Assembly: GCA_964291295.2 (NCBI GenBank)
Contig: OZ219754.1
Coordinates: 2,304,001 to 2,368,000 of the forward strand
Length of the DNA: 64,000 nt
Origin: an uncultured Candidatus Binatia bacterium
GTDB taxonomy: Bacteria; Desulfobacterota; Binatia; UBA9968; JAJDTQ01
Direction: 5' to 3'
A program made the position numbers and the translations under genes. Below, piece after piece: positions 63,201 through 64,000 of the stretch. The notes below the pieces were generated by a model. That model worked only from the letters and a program-made list of their open reading frames with translations, had not been told where the DNA came from and ran no database searches. How positions within the stretch are numbered: position 1 is the first letter of the stretch; the number at the start of each line of letters is the position of its first letter.

Positions 63201-64000
63201 CTGAAGCTGAGCAATGCGGTTGGCGCGACCCTGCCGGACCCGGCGACGGCGAGCGGCACGATCACGGACGACGACGCTTCGCCGGTGCTGGCGGCGCTGA
63301 CGGCCCAGGCGGTGACGGCGGGCGAGGACGTGGACATCACGGCGTCGGCGACGGACGGCGACGGCGACACGATCAGCTACGAGTGGACGCGCAAGGCGGG
63401 CGAGACAACGCCGCCGCTCCCGAACGGCACGGCGCTGGACGAGGATCAACTGACGTTCACGACGACGGCGCCGGGCACGTACACGATGACGGTGACGGCC
63501 TCGGACGGCAACGGCAACGAGGACACCGGGACGGTAGCGATCACGGTGACGGCGGCGACAACGTCGACCGCGGCGCCGTGCAAGGTGTCGGTGACGAACT
63601 ACCGCGCGATCGACGACAGCGGTTTCCTGCCGGTCTACTCGATCTCGTTCGGTCTGCGGATACCGGCGAACTGCGGGGCGATCACGGGGATGCAGCGCCA
63701 GATCAGGACTTCGAGTCAGGGCTGGGCCGATGTGGAGTGGGTGGACCTGGAGAACGCGGGTCTGCGGACGTTTGCGAACAGCGCGACGGCCAGGACGCCG
63801 TCGGCAGTCGAACTGGTGTTCCTGCCATCCGGCGGCGGCACGCGCCAGGTTCGGGTGCGCGCGCTGAACGGCGCGAAAGCCGGTCCGGCGTCCGACGCGG
63901 TATCGGTGACGTTCGAAGTGCCGTCCGCTCCGAGCGGTCTGGCCGCGACGCCTGGCGCGGGCTCGGCGACGCTGACCTGGAATGCGCAGTCCGGGGAGCA
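45243..64000 (+). CDS. Giant repetitive surface protein (>6250 aa; FN3, Calx-beta, PKD/Ig-like domains); continues past the window
   Basis: Same frame at ATG 45243 and at the window end (GSATLTWNAQ), with no stop-terminated ORF listed in this frame; signal-like LAAVLLFALSAGLAPQAAHA; repeated HTVTGLTNG..Y.F.VRA and DDALDEDDETFTVTLS. Confidence 0.92.
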   Translation, partial: MTAPAPAVHGGRERRAGSGKAMQPGRVAADHLAASASSPGPLGRLAAATFRRLRPLSSRCRAGSAAFRPPALAAVLLFALSAGLAPQAAHATWGVLTATPGDGQVTLNWTWTHSRPNTSWWWFRYVRAGQPYHEYNVVRGIGSIYDSKYNLIGAHHRTQTITGLTNGVEYVFEVHAHIPNTALEVRATPSRYPIAPKGVTATPGTSQVTLSWDAHNDSRVTRWEYEQTSGGTTGNWKKISASNASTTSHTVTGLTNGTRYGFRVRAASDGLGAPSASVFATPRPAPCALRIASVSGPGPTVAFRWGPTKANCGDISRTQVQKKLASSPDWSGSVWETLSTNFYRNSGVAFTVDDTLRVSLAEGNSYHVRVRAVNEGLTVTSEEGVAGPPSSETLLWLGPPGSPTGLKAAPFQAAIQLTWNQQASGQKVTGWDVRRKEGAGSYGEWGRITGSGANTVLHSASGLTSGVDYTFQIRAVNAAGDGRASEEVTETPTGVTISQPALTVEEGSSSTYTVVLDAEPSADVTVTVGGAAAGVSVNPPSLVFSLLNWNQPQTVTVSAAEDDNAVSEPVTLTHSASGGGLDSVPIRAVVVTVTENETAGFALSESDLELEEGESGSWTVALTSEPTADVTVTISGAPSGVTVTPPTLTFTAADWQTPQMVTVATVDDEDAAPLPAVTLTHSASGGDYGSLTASVALTVTENETAGLTFSDGDKEISQLEVIEDGSGNYMVALTSEPTADVTVTITPGPGDVTVQSGSLTFTALNWSAAQQVVVLAAEDDDAKTDPAVTLTHSASGGDYGSVTGALTVAVLEHDPPGKPVNFSATAGDSQVTLSWNDPQNPDISGWEFQQAVRGASFGAWTPIPDSGAATTSHTVTGLTNGVFYSFKLRAVAQLRESLRGEKEDAEGVSSDEISALPRRVGKNVTLFVSDAQIEEGQAGTTPVLIRLVLGEPAPAGGLGLAFEVDGTSTATASAPVATSCSAPNPMDADMCWPRGARVLVPAAQDVAVHQVAVRGDRAIEPNETLVLNVVPAIDGWTGDSATITIVDDEVAPAAPTGLAAAPRNGQALLTWDDLGNPGITRWEFQQKEGSGGSYGGWMAIPGSDAATTSHTVTGLTNGTEYGFKVRAVSPRGNGAESAEATVTPGAVPAAPTGFRATPSDAQLELFWDAAPDNSGILRWEVRFRKDSEDYQQPWAPIPGGAATTELGPLTAENGVVYTYQLRAVNAAGPGEAAELTVKPLPPLPRKPAALKATAGNAQVALAWDHPLLPPPNDLRKYELQRKQGASGSYGAWTRVDIVREDLGRLRYEARHVVTGLTNGATYSFRVRELNEAGAGPASDEVTVTLPAVVPAEPTGVRAIASNRQVLLRWDDPNNPGITRWDFQGKEGASVSYGPWAPIPGSDASTTSHMVTGLTNDTVYAFKVRAVNATGNGAESSEVTATPVAVPAPPSGFRATPDHRSVILTWDDPKDSSITRWQVRFLPETEEFQDANSNWLDIRGSGATTTRHEVGRLPSGQIHRFQVRAVSNAGVGPASDEALAGPTDPGVTVSTSSLTVEEGGSGEYTVKLNTSPLGRQVVIAVAGASGELSAAPATLTFTGTNWMEAQTVTVTLAEDGDAQTDAAQTLTHSARGGGYDHVDIASVVVTLAENDPPLKPANLRAIAGNGQVMLRWDDPENPDITGWEFAQKTGDGSYGSFTAISGSDAETTSHTVTGLTDGTRYGFKVRAVSAVGNGAESDEATATAGRPSLGVADVTAAEDGTFTFTVTLDPAAPADVTFKYAVTAENDDTATADTDFTEVAATAATISAGDTTFTFTVTVADDKLDEDDETFTVTLSEPSANAQLGDAAATGTITDNDASPVLADIDNLTLRLGRTVDITATATDADAGDTITYAWTRKAGETTPPLPGSPDLGQARLSFTPTEAGVYTMTVTASDGDSNGNKHGNTDTGEVVITVVGKAAVSVPAALSVTEGTDTNATVTVTTEEAFGEDVTFDVSYGGTGATGATNPADGDYDNDAVTSVTFSGADTTKTIAIPLNDDGLDEDDETFTVTIVLAEGSALPAGFAPGNLTTTVTIVDNDHSPVLPDYPPTGTTRVGQAVDLSAEATDEDGDAITYVWTRKAGETTPPLPDGTNLNQARLLFTPTETGAYTMTVTASDPYGNTDTATVALTVVRAHVVSAPAALSVTEGTDANATVTVTTEAAFGEDVTFNVSYGGASATGAADPANGDYENDAVTSVTFSSAETTKDIAVPITDDDLDEDDETFTVTVALPEGASLPAGFAPGNLATTVTIADDDASPVLAEIADQRITLGEAVDITASATDEDGDTVTYVWTRKAGETTPSLPDGTAENVARLTFTPPALGAYTYTVTASDGNGNTDTEEVTIRVVAAVTPPVLTGATSSSAAVVTLTWTHSGTAPGDFIGDPGGAPQIYWEAEHRLKGAGDSDWDDYSNPSPAVGGGNTRRTMAVTVVSDYPDGATVEWRVRASVGGGLVGPWSNVREVTLQNSELAALTLTGAPVAVAPGSSKTYTVALTEAFAGTLRITSSDTATATVNPPSLTFTAQNYNVAQDVTVTGVKAGSATTGHAFRLTGAAADAIPNAGTVAVTVVATPAAPAGLTATAGDAQVELSWTDPVNASITGWEFQQKEGAAGSYGAWTAISNSDAETTSHTVTGLTNDTLYGFKVRAVNGAGDGAASAEVTATPKKPVSLSIADVTALENAGTMSFTVTADPAPAAPITFSYTVTAVTAAPPAESDTATAGADFTEVATATEVTIAASATTATIAVTVADDALDEDDETFTVTLSGQSAGVLLGDATATGTITDDDASPVLAEIADQRITLGEAVDITASATDEDGDTVTYAWTRKAGETPAIPGSPTLDAARLTFTPSAIGTYTMTVTASDGNGNTDTEEVTIRVVAAVTPPVLTGATSSSAAVVTLTWTHSGTAPGDFIGDPGGAPQIYWEAGHRLKGAGDSDWDDYSNASPSVGGGNTRRTMAVTVVSDYPDGATVEWRVRASVGGGLVGPWSNVREVTLQNSELAALTLTGAPVAVASSGDNASATYTVALTKAFAGTLSIASSDTSKATVSPPSLTFTAVNYSTGQAVTVTGVDVGSATINHAFRLTGATADAIANAGTVAVTVVGQPAAPADLTATPGNGRVTLSWTDPGDASITGWEFQQKEGAAGSYGAWTAISNSDAETTRHTVTGLTNGTLYGFKVRAVNLAGDGAASAEVTETPNGALPPVLTGATSSSAAVVTLTWTHAGTAPGDFIGDPGGAPQIYWEAEHRLKGAGDSDWDDYSNASPSVGGGNTRRTMAVTVVSDYPDGATVEWRVRASVGGGSHGPWSNVREVTLQNSELAALTLTGAPVAVAPGSSKTYTVALTEAFAGTLRITSSDTATATVNPPSLTFTAQNYNVAQDVTVTGVKAGSATTGHAFRLTGAAADAIPNAGTVAVTVVATPAAPAGLTATAGDAQVELSWTDPVNASITGWEFQQKEGAAGSYGAWTAISNSDAETTSHTVTGLTNDTLYGFKVRAVNGAGAGAASAEVTATPEKPVSLSIADVTALENAGTMSFTVTADPAPAAPITFSYTVTAVTAAPPAESDTATAGADFTEVATATEVTIAASATTATIAVTVTDDALDEDDETFTVTLSGQSAGVLLGDATATGTITDDDHSPVLKEIKDQRITLGEAVDITASATDEDGDTVTYAWTRKAGETPAIPGSPTLDAARLTFTPSAIGTYTMTVTASDGNGNTDTEEVTIRVVAAVTPPVLTGATSSSAAVVTLTWTHSGTAPGDFIGDPGGAPQIYWEAGHRLKGAGDSDWDDYSNASPSVGGGNTRRTMAVTVVSDYPDGATVEWRVRASVGGGLVGPWSNVREVTLQNSELAALTLTGAPVAVAPGSSKTYTVALTEAFAGTLRITSSDTATATVNPPSLTFTAQNYNVAQDVTVTGVKAGSATIGHAFRLTGAAADAIPNAGAVAVTVAAATKPAAPTGLEATPGNTQVTLSWDDPDDDSITGYQLRRRGGSGWGRWIDIASSDADTVNHTVTGLTNGAEYRFRIRAVNDVGNGAESSVVRAMPTIVEPVTLTATAGARGAVTLNWTVKSSAPDRLVEGAERVSGWESQYRLKGRQDWNGFVRHTTTGGDSRTVSTNMSDLIPHGGIVEIQIRPTGSSGASVSARPGPWSNTATVTLSDVDDANTALKFTGVPVTVAPGEDATYTVRLTKPYAAGTVSITSNATGKATVDPASLTFTSSDWFTPQDVTVTGVEAGTATLNHSFRVTGASADAVPDAGTVAVTVGAAPTPGVTISATELTVEEGASGEYTVKLDTAPSANVTVTVGGESGEVTVTGSPLTFTPSNFGTAQTVTVNAGSDEDTTDDTATLTHAAASTDTDYGASLDIDDVRVTVTDTTPTLQLSTDPAAVTEGEDISLTVTSDRALTGDLTVSLTLSDRGSSGFDADDIPGALGPRNFTASFGVSASTTGTVTIPTSTDSDAEGAETYTITLNDGTGYALGAGKTADGTLNDPPQSPALSIADVTAAEDGTFTFTVTAAPASSSEVTFKYTVTAESGDTATADTDFTAVATATAATIAANASSTTITVSVTDDALDESDETFTVTLSEPSSGVTLSDATATGRIQDNDDPPALAIAAPAAVTEGDSGSTDMIFTVALDAASGRAVTVDYAVDTTSTAANTDFTGGAGTLTFAAGDTSTTITVSVTGDELDEDDETVVLKLSNATNASIGTATATGTITDDDPSPSLSIAAPAAVAEGDSGSTDMIFTVALDAASGRAVTVDYAVDATSTATASTDFTGGAGTLTFAAGDTSKTIAVSVTGDELDEDDETVVLKLSNATNASIGTATATGTITDDDPSPSLSIASPSAVAEGDSGSTDMTFTVALDAASGRAVTVDYAVDTTSTATASTDFTGGAGTLTFAAGDTSKTIAVSVTGDELDEDDETVVLKLSNATNASIGTATASGTITDDDDPAPGVTVSVSELTVTESSTANYTVVLDSRPAGDVTVTPGSSDTGAAAVSDPLTFTRFNWNRPRTVTVTAVPDGDTGDESVTVSHAVTGYGSVSAAPSVSVTVTDTTPTLSLSHVPAAVIEGAAIRLKVTSDKALAGGLAVSLTLEDRDTSGFDADDIRGSLGPRNFIASFGAALSTTGTVTIPTRTDYSTEGQETYRITLNEGAGYAVDEDNNTADGTLNDGTPVLSTGAVALIVEDKTAPEGETMSFTVIADPAPSSPITFKYTVTAESGDTATAGSDFTAVTTAATATIAANATSTTIIVSLLQDTEVEGDETFTVTLSEPSSGVTITDATATGTIGDDDEGIARPTSLRITAVENAITLRWTARTDSEIDKWQYRFKNKERSWRGWNPFDVRNSTASTRSVTLNKRTTLHGGVGQYQVRAVTVVPIRIEFGGGEKETFGPWSELAEVSVVNTDNLGLEFSGDGITRTGGASVAWNASVAQGASITYGVRLSAAALPYLDRTAEVTLKSGSGVRTSPSSLTFTRADARTAQPVTITGVAAGSAAIEHAVRFPALALLDPAGTVAVTVGAPPAPGVTISATELTVEEGASGEYTVKLDTAPSANVTVTVGGESGEVTVDPSSLTFTPSNFGTAQTVTVTAGSDEDTTDDTATLTHAASSTDDDYGASLDIDGVSVTVTDTTPTLQLSTDPAAVTEGSDISLTVSSDRALTGDLTVSLTLSDRGSSGFDADDIPGTLGPRNFTASFGNTAGTTGTVTIPTSADSDTEGAETYTITLNDGTGYALGTDKTADGTLTDPPQSPALSIADVTAAEDGTFAFTVTAAPASSSEVTFKYTVTAESGDTATADTDFTAVTTATAATIAANATSTTITVSVTDDALDESDETFTVTLSEPSSGVTFSDATATGTITDNDDPPALSIAAPAAVAEGDSGSTNMVFTVTLGATSGRQVTVDYAVDSTSTATSGADFTALAGGTLTFAAGSTGAALAKTVTVAVTGDELDEADETVVLKLSNAVGATLPDPATASGTITDDDASPVLAALTAQAVTAGEDVDITASATDGDGDTISYEWTRKAGETTPPLPNGTALDEDQLTFTTTAPGTYTMTVTASDGNGNEDTGTVAITVTAATTSTAAPCKVSVTNYRAIDDSGFLPVYSISFGLRIPANCGAITGMQRQIRTSSQGWADVEWVDLENAGLRTFANSATARTPSAVELVFLPSGGGTRQVRVRALNGAKAGPASDAVSVTFEVPSAPSGLAATPGAGSATLTWNAQSGE
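52413..56910 (+). repeat. Near-identical kb-scale internal duplications (2538-bp offset)
   Basis: Shadow ORF pairs 52928/55466, 53123/55661 and 53456/55994 are all offset by 2538; one ~370-bp FN3-like module occurs 4 times (~52415, 54000, 54955, 56538). Confidence 0.9.
58138..62960 (+). repeat. ~1-kb duplication (58140 and 61902) and three tandem ~340-bp Calx-beta units (59160-60175)
   Basis: Direct sequence comparison. Confidence 0.85.

Overview
High-GC bacterial window; gene style suggests a Deltaproteobacteria/Binatia-like, possibly host-associated organism (inference only). Housekeeping blocks: ALDH + enoyl-CoA hydratase; an ald-led operon with two unknown exported proteins; folD-gcvTHP-tatA; a SAM-I-riboswitch-controlled moeB/thrC-like/MoaD/cysteine synthase operon; a hydantoinase-SDR-aldolase-decarboxylase cluster. 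These are interleaved with IS-scarred accessory islands: a low-GC TIR + membrane-protein pair, HigBA and gene relics, a frameshifted RTX protein, an IS5 fused to a secreted metallopeptidase, an ABC-ATPase + nuclease-like pair and an Rpn gene. The ORF track misses or truncates several features, notably a UGA-containing peroxiredoxin-like selenoprotein (31198-31704) and a giant FN3/Calx-beta surface protein of more than 6250 aa (45243 to window end), which is preceded by a C21 tract. The best candidates for new biology are the TIR + membrane effector cassette, the ATPase/nuclease pair, the SAM-controlled sulfur-carrier operon with a 21x13-bp array in its leader, and the possibly phase-variable giant adhesin. 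All family assignments come from motif recognition, not database searches.
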